From an uncultured Pelagibacteraceae bacterium (GTDB lineage: Bacteria; Pseudomonadota; Alphaproteobacteria; Pelagibacterales; Pelagibacteraceae): a stretch of 64,000 nt of DNA. The stretch is from NCBI GenBank assembly GCA_902630925.1, contig CACOWO010000003.1, positions 6,811-70,810 on the forward strand, read 5' to 3'. The translations under genes and the position numbers were made by a program. Below, piece by piece: positions 1 through 11,102 of this stretch. The notes beneath the pieces are model-generated. The model did no database searches. It was not told the origin of the DNA and saw only the letters and a list, made by a program, of their open reading frames with translations. Numbering within the stretch: position 1 is the stretch's first letter; every line of letters begins with the position of its first letter.

Positions 1-160
1 ACTAACTTTAATACCAACAAAGTTATATTTTTCTAAAGGTAAAGTTAAAGTAGAAATCGCTGTGGCAAAAGGAAAGAAACTTTTTGACAAAAGACAAGTA
101 AAAAAAACAAGAGATTGGAATAGAGAAAAAGCAAGATTGTTAAGTAAAAATAATAAATGA
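1..160 (+). CDS. smpB: SsrA-binding protein SmpB, 3' part (truncated by window start)
   Basis: Frame from base 2 reads [47 protein letters not shown], the SmpB C-terminal signature; TGA at 158-160 overlaps the folK ATG. Not in the ORF track. Confidence 0.93.
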   Translation, partial: LTLIPTKLYFSKGKVKVEIAVAKGKKLFDKRQVKKTRDWNREKARLLSKNNK

Positions 161-672
161 TACATTTAAATATTGGATCAAATTTAGTTTCAAAATATGG
201 CTCTAGGTTTAATAATATTTCTATAGCTATAAATCTTTTGATAGAGTCTAAAATTCAGATAAAAAAAATTTCAAATTTTTATGAAACGCCATCATATCCC
301 AATGAGAATTTTCCAAAGTTTTTAAATATCGGATTAATAGCAAACTATGAAAATGATTATTTTGATTTATTTAAAAGAATTAAACTTATTGAAAAAAAGC
401 TAGGAAGAATAAAAACAAAAAAGAATGAACCTAGAGTCATCGATATAGATCTAATTGATTTCAAAAGTGTAATAAAAGATACTAAAGAATTGACTTTGCC
501 TCATCCGAAATGTCATCTAAGAAACTTTGTTTTATTCCCAATTTTGCAAATAGACCCCAATTGGATCCATCCTATTTTAAAGAAAAATGCTCAATATTTG
601 ATAAATAATTTAAGTCAAAAATTCAGGATTGAGATTACAAGATTGCAGAAAAATGTTAATATCAAAACATGA
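157..672 (+). CDS. folK: 2-amino-4-hydroxy-6-hydroxymethyldihydropteridine pyrophosphokinase
   Basis: [18 protein letters not shown] and LPHP motifs of HPPK. Confidence 0.95.
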   Translation: MIHLNIGSNLVSKYGSRFNNISIAINLLIESKIQIKKISNFYETPSYPNENFPKFLNIGLIANYENDYFDLFKRIKLIEKKLGRIKTKKNEPRVIDIDLIDFKSVIKDTKELTLPHPKCHLRNFVLFPILQIDPNWIHPILKKNAQYLINNLSQKFRIEITRLQKNVNIKT

Positions 673-2417
673 TTAATAATAATGAACTAATTGATCAAAT
701 TAAGACTTATAATAGGTTTTTAAATTCTGATTCTTTAAATAAAGCTTATAATTTTGCTCTTGAAGCTCATCAAAACCAAAAAAGAGATGAAGGGGTTCCA
801 TATATAATTCATCCAGTAGCAGTCGCAAAAATTTTAACTGAGTTAAAATTAGACAGTGCTACGATAACTACTGGTCTATTACATGACACAATTGAAGATA
901 CTAACGTCACTTATGAAACTGTTAAAAAAGAATTTGGAGAAGAAGTCGCAAATTTAGTGGAAGGTGTCACAAAAATATCAGCCTTGGAAGATAAAGCGTC
1001 CAGTGATTCAAAAGCTGAAAATTTTAGAAAACTAATACTAGCAACCTCAAAAGATATCCGTGTCTTATTAGTAAAATTAGCTGATAGATTACACAACATG
1101 AGAACTATTCAGTTTGTAAAAGATAAAGATAAAGTAATAAGGAAAGCTAAAGAAACCATGGAAATATATGCTCCTTTAGCTGATAGAATGGGGATGAATA
1201 GAATAAGGGATGAATTAGAAGATTTATCTTTTTCTGTTTTAAATAAACCCGCAAGAGATTTAATTTTAGAAAGATTAAATTTTATCAAAAATAATACCGA
1301 AGATACTTTTAAAGTTATATCACGTGAATTGATTGAAATACTTAAAGATAATGGTATCAAGGCCACAATTACAGGACGGGAGAAAACCCCTTTTTCAATT
1401 TGGCGTAAAATTCAAAATAAAAAAATTTCTTTGGAACAACTAACAGATATAATTGGATTCAGGGTAATTGTTGGAAGTATTGAAGATTGCTATAAAACTT
1501 TAGGAATTTTTCATAGTAGGTTTTCAACAATACCGGGTAAATTTAAAGATTATATTTCAACTCCAAAAATAAATAAATACAAATCAATACACACTGCAGT
1601 AATTGGGCCAAAAAAAAATAGAATCGAAATACAAATTAGAACACACGATATGCATGAATTTGCTCAAAGAGGTATAGCGTCTCATTGGAAATACAAATCT
1701 TCTGAAAAATTTTCAGAATTATCATGGAAAGAGTATGATTGGTTGAGAGATCTAGTTGAAATAATTGAAGCTGGAACTAGTCCAGAACATTATTATGAAT
1801 TTACTAAATTACAGATGTTCCAAGAAAATGTTTTTTGTTTCACACCCAAAGGCGCTGTAATAAAATTACCAAAGAAAGCAACACCTATCGATTTTGCTTA
1901 TGCCGTACATACAAAAATAGGAAACAATGCAATAGGCTGTTTAGTGAACGGAAGTCATGCAACTCTTCAAACAATTTTAAAAAATGGAGATTTAGTTAAT
2001 ATTGAAACATCAAAGAACGCATCTCCTTCTTTGCATTGGCTTTCATCATCAGCTACAGGAAAAGCTCGTTCAGCTATACGTAGATATTGGCAAGATAAAT
2101 CAACAGAAAACTCAAAAATAGCTGAAAAAAACTATTCTAGCACTATTGAAGTTGATTTACCTCACAAGCCAGGTGTCTTAGGTCATATCACCTCTTTAAT
2201 AGGCCTTAATAAAGGAAATATTGTTAATTTGGAAATTATCAAAAGAAAAAAGGAACATTTGACTTTTTCATTCGATTTACAAATTAAAGATTTGAAAAAT
2301 TTTACAAACTTGATAAGTCAAATAAAGCAAAGTAATTTAAGTTTTAAGATAATTCGACACAAACAGAAAAAAAATGCTTTCATCAAAAGAATCTTTGAAA
2401 ATTTTAAAAGAAACTAA
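669..2417 (+). CDS. spoT: Bifunctional (p)ppGpp synthetase/hydrolase (RSH), compact form
   Basis: HD domain (PYIIHP, LLHDTIED, KLADRLHNMRT), synthetase (GREK, YKSIHT, EIQIRT), TGS (TPIDFAYAVHT) and C-terminal ACT-like region. Confidence 0.93.
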   Translation: MINNNELIDQIKTYNRFLNSDSLNKAYNFALEAHQNQKRDEGVPYIIHPVAVAKILTELKLDSATITTGLLHDTIEDTNVTYETVKKEFGEEVANLVEGVTKISALEDKASSDSKAENFRKLILATSKDIRVLLVKLADRLHNMRTIQFVKDKDKVIRKAKETMEIYAPLADRMGMNRIRDELEDLSFSVLNKPARDLILERLNFIKNNTEDTFKVISRELIEILKDNGIKATITGREKTPFSIWRKIQNKKISLEQLTDIIGFRVIVGSIEDCYKTLGIFHSRFSTIPGKFKDYISTPKINKYKSIHTAVIGPKKNRIEIQIRTHDMHEFAQRGIASHWKYKSSEKFSELSWKEYDWLRDLVEIIEAGTSPEHYYEFTKLQMFQENVFCFTPKGAVIKLPKKATPIDFAYAVHTKIGNNAIGCLVNGSHATLQTILKNGDLVNIETSKNASPSLHWLSSSATGKARSAIRRYWQDKSTENSKIAEKNYSSTIEVDLPHKPGVLGHITSLIGLNKGNIVNLEIIKRKKEHLTFSFDLQIKDLKNFTNLISQIKQSNLSFKIIRHKQKKNAFIKRIFENFKRN

Positions 2418-2955
2418 GGCTTTAATTGAGGGTCATTTTATACTTTCTTCGGGTTTACATAGTCCCAAATATGTCCAATGTGCTCAATTAATGAGCAAAC
2501 CTGATCAAGCAATTAAAATCTGTGAGTCTCTAGCTGATAAAATTAAATCGGAGTTTAAAGATTTTGACTTAATCCTATCACCTGCGATGGGAGGAATTAT
2601 TATTGGTTACGAATTGGGCAAAATCCTTAATAAACAAACTATATTCTCAGAGAGAGTGAATGGAGAATTTAAATTAAGAAGAGACTTTCAAATTAAAAAA
2701 GGTATTAAAGTACTAGTGGTTGAAGACGTAATTACTACTGGTAAGTCTAGTTTGGAGTGTTCAAAATTAGTTAAAGAAAATAATGCAAACATAGTTGGTT
2801 ATGCATGTATTATAGATAGATCAAACGGTAAATCAGAAATTAAAGAAAAAATCATTTCTCAAGTAGAACTTAATATACCTACTTATAAAAAAGACAATCT
2901 ACCAAAAGAATTATTATCTATTGAGGCAGTCAAACCTGGAAGTAGAAATCTTTAA
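2374..2955 (+). CDS. pyrE: Orotate phosphoribosyltransferase
   Basis: GHFILSSGLHS and the PRPP-binding loop VVEDVITTGKS. Confidence 0.95.
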   Translation: MLSSKESLKILKETKALIEGHFILSSGLHSPKYVQCAQLMSKPDQAIKICESLADKIKSEFKDFDLILSPAMGGIIIGYELGKILNKQTIFSERVNGEFKLRRDFQIKKGIKVLVVEDVITTGKSSLECSKLVKENNANIVGYACIIDRSNGKSEIKEKIISQVELNIPTYKKDNLPKELLSIEAVKPGSRNL

Positions 2956-3680
2956 TGAAAAAAATTAGGTTGGGTGTAAATATAGACCATGTTGCAACAG
3001 TTAGAAATGCAAGAGGCGAAACTTATCCAAGTCCTTTAAGAGCAGCATTATTAGCTGAAAAAAATGGAGCAGACTCTGTCACCATCCATTTAAGAGAGGA
3101 TAGAAGACATATTAATGAATTAGATTTAAAAAAAATTATACATAAATTGAAGATCCCTCTAAATCTTGAAATAGCAGCTACTAAGGAAATGTTAAAAATA
3201 GCTTCAAGAAGTAAACCACCTTTTATATGCGTAGTTCCGGAAAAAAGAAAAGAAATTACAACAGAAGGAGGACTTAACTTAGATCATAATAAAAATTTTT
3301 TAAGTGAATTAATTAGAAAATTGAAGAAAAGAAAATCTCGTATTAGTCTTTTCATAGAACCAAGTTTAAATGATTTAGAAAAAGCAAAAAAATTAGGTGC
3401 CGATTGTGTTGAAATACACACGGGCAAACTTTGCAATCTAATAAATAATAAAAAAGATTATAAAAATGAAATTAAAAAAATTCAGAAAGCAGTGAGAAAA
3501 GGTGGTCAACTAGGTTTAGAAGTTCATGCAGGTCATGGGCTAACATATTCTTCAGCCAAAATATTATCCAAGATAAAAGGAATCCAGGAATTTAATATTG
3601 GCCATTTTTTAATTGGTGAGTCAATTTTTGAGGGAATGCCGGTAACAATAAGAAAATTTAAGAAAATTTTAAAATTATGA
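2955..3680 (+). CDS. pdxJ: Pyridoxine 5'-phosphate synthase
   Basis: LGVNIDHVATVRNAR, HLREDRRHI, VHAGHGL, FNIGH. Confidence 0.97.
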   Translation: MKKIRLGVNIDHVATVRNARGETYPSPLRAALLAEKNGADSVTIHLREDRRHINELDLKKIIHKLKIPLNLEIAATKEMLKIASRSKPPFICVVPEKRKEITTEGGLNLDHNKNFLSELIRKLKKRKSRISLFIEPSLNDLEKAKKLGADCVEIHTGKLCNLINNKKDYKNEIKKIQKAVRKGGQLGLEVHAGHGLTYSSAKILSKIKGIQEFNIGHFLIGESIFEGMPVTIRKFKKILKL

Positions 3681-4060
3681 GTATTTTTGGTATCGGTACT
3701 GACATTGTCAGTGTTGATAGAATTAAAAATTCTTTAAAAAACAAAAAATTCATTAATCGAATTTTTAATGAAAAAGAAATTTTGAAATGTAAAAAAACTA
3801 AAAATACTTTTAATTGTTATGCGAAAAGATTTGCAGCTAAGGAAGCCTTTTCAAAAGCTTTAGGAACAGGAATATCTAATGGCGTAAACTTTAATGAGAT
3901 CATTATATTAAATAAAAAATCAGGTAAACCATATATAAATATTATTGGCGAAACTAAGAAAATAATAAATAAGAAATTTAAAAGAAAAAAATCTAAAATT
4001 TCACTATCTTTATCCGATGAAAAAAAATATGCGGTTGCTTTTGTAACTATATCATTATGA
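3677..4060 (+). CDS. acpS: Holo-[ACP] synthase
   Basis: GIGTDIV, AKRFAAKEAFSKALGTG; follows pdxJ. Confidence 0.96.
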   Translation: MSIFGIGTDIVSVDRIKNSLKNKKFINRIFNEKEILKCKKTKNTFNCYAKRFAAKEAFSKALGTGISNGVNFNEIIILNKKSGKPYINIIGETKKIINKKFKRKKSKISLSLSDEKKYAVAFVTISL

Positions 4061-4797
4061 AAAAAAATAAAATTCTTTATATAATCTATGATAATGCTAA
4101 AACTCTAATAGGAGCGTTAATAATAGCAATTTTAATTAGATCGCTTCTTTTTCAACCATTCTACATACCTTCCTCATCTATGGAACCTACATTATTAGTT
4201 GGAGATCGTATATTTGTATCGAAATATACATACGGTTATAGCAAACATTCATTTCCATTTAGTCCAAACATTACTGATAAGCGTTTATTTTCAAAATCAC
4301 CAAAGAGAGGCGATTTAGTAGTTTTTAAAACTCCAGCTGACAATAGAACAGATTATATAAAAAGATTAATAGGAATGCCTGGTGATACAATCCAATTTAT
4401 TGAAGGTTCAATATTAATAAATGATAAAAAAATTTTACGTAAAAAAATTGAAAATAAAAAAATTATTAGATGTGGAAATTTTTTACTAGAAACAAACTCT
4501 TTCTTGGAAACTTTACCTAATGGCATAGAGCACATAGTCGTTTATAAAAAAAAAGGCTCATTACAAAATACTAAAGTTTTTAAGGTTCCTGCTAATCATT
4601 ATTTTTTACTTGGCGATAATCGAGATTGTTCAAAAGACAGTAGATATCTAGACAGTGTCGGATATGTTAATAACTTAAATTTAGTAGGAGAAGCTAAACT
4701 AATATTCTTTTCGAATGATACGAACATCAGTAGTTTATTAAAATTTTGGAATTTAAAAGAATCATTTAGATTAGAAAGATTATTTAAAGTTTTATAA
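4057..4797 (+). CDS. lepB: Signal peptidase I
   Basis: IPSSSMEPTL (catalytic Ser), YIKRLIG (Lys), GDNRDCSKDSR. Confidence 0.96.
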   Translation: MKKNKILYIIYDNAKTLIGALIIAILIRSLLFQPFYIPSSSMEPTLLVGDRIFVSKYTYGYSKHSFPFSPNITDKRLFSKSPKRGDLVVFKTPADNRTDYIKRLIGMPGDTIQFIEGSILINDKKILRKKIENKKIIRCGNFLLETNSFLETLPNGIEHIVVYKKKGSLQNTKVFKVPANHYFLLGDNRDCSKDSRYLDSVGYVNNLNLVGEAKLIFFSNDTNISSLLKFWNLKESFRLERLFKVL

Positions 4798-5462
4798 TGG
4801 AAAAAAAGATTAAAGAGCTTGAAAAAATTATAAATTATAATTTTAAGAAATTACCTTTATTAGAAAAGGCACTTACCCATAAAAGTTTTGATAATACGAT
4901 CAATAATGAAAAATTAGAATTTTTAGGTGATAGAGTTTTAGGATTGGTTATTTCTGAAAAACTTTTAGAAAAATTTCCTAGTGAGAAAGAGGGGATAATT
5001 GACAAAAAATTTGCTAATTTAGTTAATAAAAAAACGTGCTCACTTATAGCGAAAAAAATAAATTTAAAAAAATATATTCAATTAGGAGCTTCCCATAAAA
5101 AACTTGAAAGATCTGCGGATAAAATTAGCAGTGATTGCTTAGAGGCCATAGTTGGAGCTATTTATTTGGATGGTGGACTAAAATCAGTTGAAAAGTTTAT
5201 ATTTATATTTTGGGAAGAATTTTTGTTAAAATCTAATTTCACATTAATAGACTCTAAAACAAAACTTCAAGAGTTTAGTTTGAAAAAATTTAAGGAGTTA
5301 CCAAAATATGTTTTTTTTAAAAAGACTGGACCACAACATAGGCCATTATTTAAAACAGAAGTACAAATTCCTAATTCAAAAAAAATTATTGGAATTGGTT
5401 CATCGAAGAAAAATGCTCAACAAAATGCTGCGGCTAAATTATTGAAAATTTTAAATATATGA
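4797..5462 (+). CDS. rnc: Ribonuclease III
   Basis: NEKLEFLGDRVLG signature plus a C-terminal dsRBD. Confidence 0.96.
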   Translation: MEKKIKELEKIINYNFKKLPLLEKALTHKSFDNTINNEKLEFLGDRVLGLVISEKLLEKFPSEKEGIIDKKFANLVNKKTCSLIAKKINLKKYIQLGASHKKLERSADKISSDCLEAIVGAIYLDGGLKSVEKFIFIFWEEFLLKSNFTLIDSKTKLQEFSLKKFKELPKYVFFKKTGPQHRPLFKTEVQIPNSKKIIGIGSSKKNAQQNAAAKLLKILNI

Positions 5463-6139
5463 TTTGGGAAGATGAATGTTATTTGTTATCAAAAAGGAAA
5501 TTCAGAGAAAATGCAAATATTATAAATATTTTTACACAAAATAAAGGTAAAATTGATGGTGTGGTTTACGGCGGCACCTCAAGAAAAATAAGAAACTATC
5601 TTCAAATATCAAATAAACTTTTTGTATCTCATATCTCTAAAAGTGAAAATAAAATTGGATATTTTAAAACAGAATTAATTAAACCTATTTCACCTTTATA
5701 TTTTAATGATAAAGAGAAAACTTCTGCTTTAGTTTCAGTTTGCACTTTATTAAATTTATTACTGCCAGACTCGCAGCCGAACAAAAAAATTTACAATTCT
5801 TTTGAAAAATTGATTAATTCACTTAACTTAGAAAACTGGATATTTATTTATATTTTTTTTGAGATTAATCTTATAAAAGAATTAGGCTATGATACAAACT
5901 TGATTGAACACTCTAATAATATCAATAAAAAGACTGATTTTTTGAAAATTAAAATTGACGGATATATTTACGAAATTCCAAACTATCTAATTAATAAAAA
6001 AATACCTGAAAAATTTTCAAAACTGATTATTCGTAAATCCCTTTACTTTACAAGACAAGTTATGCTTAATAAATTTTTTATTCCAAATAACTTACCGTTT
6101 CCAAAATCAAGGATAATTTTTGAAAACTACTTTAACTAA
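5459..6139 (+). CDS. recO: DNA repair protein RecO
   Basis: Alphaproteobacterial MIWEDE N-terminus, OB-fold region, FEINLIKELGY; position after rnc. Confidence 0.85.
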   Translation: MIWEDECYLLSKRKFRENANIINIFTQNKGKIDGVVYGGTSRKIRNYLQISNKLFVSHISKSENKIGYFKTELIKPISPLYFNDKEKTSALVSVCTLLNLLLPDSQPNKKIYNSFEKLINSLNLENWIFIYIFFEINLIKELGYDTNLIEHSNNINKKTDFLKIKIDGYIYEIPNYLINKKIPEKFSKLIIRKSLYFTRQVMLNKFFIPNNLPFPKSRIIFENYFN

Positions 6140-6141
6140 AT

Positions 6142-7128
6142 TTAAAGTTTATTAGATATATCCAAAGCAAAATATGAAACGATAGCGGTTGCTCCAGCTC
6201 TTTTAAAACTTATTAAACTTTCGATAATTGCGTCTTCGCTTATTAATTTATTTTTAATCCCATTTTTTATAAGACTATATTCACCTGAAACTTGATAAGC
6301 TATTACTGGTATTTTGAAATTTTCTTTCACTTTTTGAATAATATCTAAATAGGGCATACCAGGTTTTACCATTATCATATCTGCACCTTCTTTAATATCT
6401 AAAGCAACCTCTCTCAAAGATTCATCTTTATTAGAAAAATCCATTTGATAATTCTTTTTATCACCTTTTAAAGATTTTTTTGATCCAACTGCATCCCTAA
6501 AAGGTCCATAGAAGTGTGAAGCATACTTGACTGCATAGGAAAGAATTTGTACATCGTGATAATAATTTTTATCTAAGAGTTTTCTAATTTTTCCAACTCT
6601 TCCATCCATCATGTCTGATGGAGCTATCACATCACATCCCATTTGTGCTTGTAATAAAGATTGTTTCATCAAAATTTCTACAGTTTTATCGTTAAGCACG
6701 TAATTATTTTTTAACAAACCATCGTGTCCATGTGTAGTATATGGATCTAATGCAACATCACACATTATACCAATTTTATTCTTAAATTTTTTTTTTATAT
6801 ATCTTATAGCTTTACAAACTAAATTATTTTCATTCAAAGATTCATTTCCATATTTATCTTTTTTATTATTGGGGGTTAGCGGAAAAAGGGCCACCATAGG
6901 TATTCTATGTCTAATAACTTTACTTATTATAACTCCAAGTTTGTCTATAGTATATCTGTATATTCCAGGCATTGATTTAATAGGCTGTCTCTTATTTTTT
7001 CCCTCGATAAGGAAAATTGGATAAATAAGGTCACTACTGGATAAGTTGTTTTCCTGAACTAATTTTCGGGACCAATCGTATTTTCTGCTTCTACGAAGTC
7101 TTAAACTAGGATATTTACCAGTAATCAT
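6142..7128 (-). CDS. hemB: Porphobilinogen synthase (Mg-type, Zn-independent)
   Basis: DVALDPYTTHGHDG, APSDMMDGR, YGPFRDAV, MVKPG, AYQVSGEY. Confidence 0.97.
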   Translation of the reverse strand: MITGKYPSLRLRRSRKYDWSRKLVQENNLSSSDLIYPIFLIEGKNKRQPIKSMPGIYRYTIDKLGVIISKVIRHRIPMVALFPLTPNNKKDKYGNESLNENNLVCKAIRYIKKKFKNKIGIMCDVALDPYTTHGHDGLLKNNYVLNDKTVEILMKQSLLQAQMGCDVIAPSDMMDGRVGKIRKLLDKNYYHDVQILSYAVKYASHFYGPFRDAVGSKKSLKGDKKNYQMDFSNKDESLREVALDIKEGADMIMVKPGMPYLDIIQKVKENFKIPVIAYQVSGEYSLIKNGIKNKLISEDAIIESLISFKRAGATAIVSYFALDISNKL

Positions 7129-7199
7129 GCTATAATATATTTAATGCGACAAATGTATTATACAAATATATAGTACAAAGAGATAAATAACAATAACTC

Positions 7200-7841
7200 A
7201 TGACCATAGAGACAAAAAATATAGTTAATTTAAATTTAAAAAAAGAAGAAAAAATTTTAAATTTTTCAGATTTCCAAAAACAAAATATTAAATTTGATAT
7301 TGTAAAGCTACAACAGGCATACATGCAAATAATACAAACAAAAAAATTTGATGATGGTGGAGGAATATCTCATTTTGGAGCAATTTGCTTAACAAGAAAA
7401 CCTGGAGATCCAGAGTCAGTGAAAGGAAATAAAGCAAGAGGAGTATATTGGACTAAGCCAGATAAATCAGGAAAAGAGGTATCAAGAGACGTAAATATAG
7501 ATGAAGCTGAATATTCAGAATTTATACCTGATTATGAAAATACTTATTTTAAAGAAGTGTTTGACATTTTATCATCTAAATACAAGCTAGGCAGAGTAAG
7601 AATTTTGTTAAAAGAACCTAGATCAACTTTAAGTTGGCATAGAGATCCAGAACCTAGGTTACATATTCCTATAATTACAAATCCAGGATGTATAATGGTT
7701 ATTGATAATGTTGCCAAACACATGCCTGCAGACGGATCAGTTTGGATAACAAATAATACTAAGTATCATAACGCATTTAACGGAGGTGAGGAAAATAGAA
7801 TTCATCTTGTCGCTTGTGTATTAGATTATAAATTTAATTAA
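7200..7841 (+). CDS. Aspartyl/asparaginyl beta-hydroxylase-like Fe(II)/2-oxoglutarate cupin protein
   Basis: H-x-D (WHRD), RLHIPI, distal H (YHNAFN) and RIHL motifs. Confidence 0.7.
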   Translation: MTIETKNIVNLNLKKEEKILNFSDFQKQNIKFDIVKLQQAYMQIIQTKKFDDGGGISHFGAICLTRKPGDPESVKGNKARGVYWTKPDKSGKEVSRDVNIDEAEYSEFIPDYENTYFKEVFDILSSKYKLGRVRILLKEPRSTLSWHRDPEPRLHIPIITNPGCIMVIDNVAKHMPADGSVWITNNTKYHNAFNGGEENRIHLVACVLDYKFN

Positions 7842-7842
7842 A

Positions 7843-8280
7843 TTGAATTTCTTATTTAAAAAAATTTGTATCGCTTCAGACCACGCTGGTTATAATTTAA
7901 AAGAAATAATTAAAGATCACCTTATTGATAAACACATATCAATCTTTGATTTAGGACCATACGAAAACAAATCAGTAGACTATCCAGATTATGCAAAAAG
8001 ATTAGCAAAACGTATCAAAGCAAAAAAAAGTGATATTGGAATCCTAGTATGCGGTTCTGGCACAGGTATGGCCATAAGTGCCAATAAAATCAAAGATATA
8101 AGGGCGGCTGTTTGCTATAATCCAAAGTCTACTAGATTGTCTAGACAGCACAATAATGCTAATATAATTGCTATAGGAGCAAGATTAACGAAAAAAAGTC
8201 TATCATTGAAGTTAGTGGAATTGTTTTTAAAAACTAAATTTGAAGGCGGTAGACACCTAAAAAGAGTTAAAAAAATATAA
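7843..8280 (+). CDS. rpiB: Ribose 5-phosphate isomerase B
   Basis: ASDHAG, SVDYPD, CGSGTG, HNNAN, FEGGRH. Confidence 0.96.
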   Translation: MNFLFKKICIASDHAGYNLKEIIKDHLIDKHISIFDLGPYENKSVDYPDYAKRLAKRIKAKKSDIGILVCGSGTGMAISANKIKDIRAAVCYNPKSTRLSRQHNNANIIAIGARLTKKSLSLKLVELFLKTKFEGGRHLKRVKKI

Positions 8281-9578
8281 TGTCAGTAATTAAGATAGAT
8301 AAATATTTAAATAGTTTTTTTAAATTAAAACTGCAAGATGCAGATAAAGAACTTTACAATTCAATTAGAGATGAATTTATAAGACAACAAAATCATATTG
8401 AATTAATTGCTTCAGAAAATATTGTATCAAAAGCTGTTTTAGAAGCACAAGGTTCTGTTTTAACCAACAAGTACGCTGAGGGTTATCCTGGAAAAAGATA
8501 TTATGGCGGCTGTGAACACGTGGATGTATCAGAAAATCTTGCAATTGAGAGAGCAAAAAAATTATTTGAATGTAAATTTGCCAATGTTCAACCTCACTCT
8601 GGTGCACAGGCAAATGGAGCAGTTTATTTAGCACTCTTAAAGCCAGGTGATACTACATTAGCAATGAGTTTAAATTCTGGTGGACACTTAACACATGGTG
8701 CAAAACCAGCTCAATCTGGAAAATGGTTTAATGCACTTCATTATGATGTTGATAAAGAAACGGGTTTAATTGATTATAATTCTGTAGAAAAACTTGCTCA
8801 AGAAAACAAACCTAAACTTATTATTGCAGGAGGCAGTGCTTACTCAAGAATAATTGATTTTAAAAAATTTAGAGAAATATGTGATAAAGTTGGAGCTTAT
8901 TTATTAGTTGATATGGCTCATTTTTCTGGTTTAGTGGCGGGAGGAGCTTATCCAAATCCTACTAAGTATGCTGATGTAGTAACTTCTACAACGCATAAAG
9001 TATTGAGAGGTCCAAGAGGTGGAATTATTTTGACTAATAATGAAGAGTTAGCAAAAAAATTCAACAGTGGAATCTTTCCAGGTTTACAAGGCGGCCCATT
9101 AATGCATGTGATTGCGGCTAAGGCAGTTTGTTTTAAAGAAGCTTTATCAGATGAATTCAAAATATATACAAAAAATGTAATTAATAATGCAAAAGTTTTA
9201 GCAGAGCGATTATCCAAAAAAGGTTTTAAAATTTTTTCAGGCGGTACAGATACACACTTAATGCTCCTTGATCTGAGATCATTCAAAGTTACAGGCAAAG
9301 ACGCACAAGCTTCATTAGGAAGAGCCAATATTACTTGTAATAAAAATGGAATTCCATTTGATACAGAAAGTCCTTTTATAACTTCTGGAATTAGGTTAGG
9401 TACACCTGCCTGCACCACAAGAGGATTTAAGGAGGAAGAGTTTAAGTTAATTGCAGATTTAATTTATAAGGTAGTTAAAGGTTTAAGTGAAAATAAGACC
9501 GATAATTCAAAAATAGAAAACGAAGTTAAAAAAGAAATTATTGACCTTTGTTCTTCTTTTCCAATATATGGAAATTAA
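8280..9578 (+). CDS. glyA: Serine hydroxymethyltransferase
   Basis: [27 protein letters not shown] (PLP lysine). Confidence 0.98.
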   Translation: MSVIKIDKYLNSFFKLKLQDADKELYNSIRDEFIRQQNHIELIASENIVSKAVLEAQGSVLTNKYAEGYPGKRYYGGCEHVDVSENLAIERAKKLFECKFANVQPHSGAQANGAVYLALLKPGDTTLAMSLNSGGHLTHGAKPAQSGKWFNALHYDVDKETGLIDYNSVEKLAQENKPKLIIAGGSAYSRIIDFKKFREICDKVGAYLLVDMAHFSGLVAGGAYPNPTKYADVVTSTTHKVLRGPRGGIILTNNEELAKKFNSGIFPGLQGGPLMHVIAAKAVCFKEALSDEFKIYTKNVINNAKVLAERLSKKGFKIFSGGTDTHLMLLDLRSFKVTGKDAQASLGRANITCNKNGIPFDTESPFITSGIRLGTPACTTRGFKEEEFKLIADLIYKVVKGLSENKTDNSKIENEVKKEIIDLCSSFPIYGN

Positions 9579-9586
9579 ATAAATTT

Positions 9587-10048
9587 ATGCTTTGTCCATT
9601 TTGTAGAGAAAAAGATACAGCAGTAGTAGATTCAAGACCTTGTGAGGAGGGAACAGCAGTTAGAAGGAGAAGATTATGTACGTGTAATGGCGGAGTGAGA
9701 TTTACTACTTTTGAAAGAGTTCAATTTCAAGAATTAACTGTAATTAAAGGCAATGGTAGAAGAGAACCATTTGACAGAGATAAAATTTCAAAATCAATTA
9801 GAATTGCAACACGAAAAAGGCCGATAGATATTGATGCTATAGACAATTTTGTTTCTAAAATAATTATGAAGATTGAAGGTTTGGGCGAAAGCGAAGTTCC
9901 AACATCTACAATTGGCAAATTAATTATGGAAGGACTACAATATTTAGATACGGTTGCTTACGTTCGTTTTGCCTCTGTTTATAGGAAATTTAAAGAGGCT
10001 AAAGATTTTGAACAGTTCGTAGGCAATTTGGATGACAACAAATCATAA
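9587..10048 (+). CDS. nrdR: Transcriptional repressor NrdR
   Basis: MLCPFC...VVDSR...RRRR...RFTTFE, ATP-cone, [10 protein letters not shown]; start moved to the ATG at 9587. Confidence 0.95.
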   Translation: MLCPFCREKDTAVVDSRPCEEGTAVRRRRLCTCNGGVRFTTFERVQFQELTVIKGNGRREPFDRDKISKSIRIATRKRPIDIDAIDNFVSKIIMKIEGLGESEVPTSTIGKLIMEGLQYLDTVAYVRFASVYRKFKEAKDFEQFVGNLDDNKS

Positions 10049-11099
10049 TCATTTTCTTGATCTAGCTTTTTATTTAGCAGAAAAAAATATAGGCCATACA
10101 GGAACAAACCCATCAGTAGGATGTGTAGTAGTAAAAAATGGGTCAGTTATTTCTTCAGGTGTTACATCAAAAAAAGGAAGGCCTCATTCTGAGTTTAACG
10201 CTCTAAATAATTTAAAAAATTGCACTGGAGCTTCTTTATATACAACTCTTGAGCCTTGTACACATATTGGAAAAACTCCGCCATGTGTGGATATTATCAT
10301 TAAAAAAAAAATTAAAAATGTATTTTATGCTTTTGAGGATCCCGATATTAGAACATTTAAAAAAGCAAAAAATATTTTAAAAATTAATGGAATAAATAGT
10401 AAATTAATTAAATCTAAAAAATTTAATGATTTTTATAAAAGTTATTTTTACAATAAAAAAACTTTAAAACCATATGTTACTGGTAAAATTGCGATCTCTA
10501 AAGACTATAAGACTATAAATAAAAAAAAACGATGGATAACAAACAATACCTCAAGAAAAATTGCTCATTTATTTAGAAATAAACACGATTGTATTATGTC
10601 AACTTCAAAATCTATTAATTATGATAATGCATTACTTAATTGTAGGATTGATGGTCTAAATAATAATAAACCAGATTTATTTATTGTTGATTTAAACCTA
10701 AGGATTGAAGAGAATTTAAGTTTAAATAATTTGTTAAAAAAAAGAAAAACTTATTTAATAACATTAAAAAAGAATTTTAAAAAAATATTCAAATACAAAA
10801 AACTAGGGTACAAATTTATTTTAATTAATTCATTAGAAAGTAAACAAGATTTTAGTAAATTATTTAAAAGAATTTACAAAATCGGCTATACGAGGTTGTT
10901 AGTTGAGTCAGGACTTACATTTTTAAACTGTTTGATTAAAAATAAAATGATGAATGATTTATATATATTTAGATCTAACAATAATTTGGGTAAAAACGGT
11001 AAAAATAATGACACTACAGAGTATTTAAAAAAAAGTTTTTTATCTAAAGAGGTAACAATAAATTTAAATGGTGATAAGCTTTTCAAAAAAAATTTTTAA
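10032..11099 (+). CDS. ribD: Riboflavin biosynthesis deaminase/reductase
   Basis: NPSVGCV, PHSE, TLEPCTH...PPC deaminase; C-terminal reductase region (LLVESG). Confidence 0.93.
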   Translation: MTTNHNHFLDLAFYLAEKNIGHTGTNPSVGCVVVKNGSVISSGVTSKKGRPHSEFNALNNLKNCTGASLYTTLEPCTHIGKTPPCVDIIIKKKIKNVFYAFEDPDIRTFKKAKNILKINGINSKLIKSKKFNDFYKSYFYNKKTLKPYVTGKIAISKDYKTINKKKRWITNNTSRKIAHLFRNKHDCIMSTSKSINYDNALLNCRIDGLNNNKPDLFIVDLNLRIEENLSLNNLLKKRKTYLITLKKNFKKIFKYKKLGYKFILINSLESKQDFSKLFKRIYKIGYTRLLVESGLTFLNCLIKNKMMNDLYIFRSNNNLGKNGKNNDTTEYLKKSFLSKEVTINLNGDKLFKKNF

Positions 11100-11102
11100 A
11101 AG

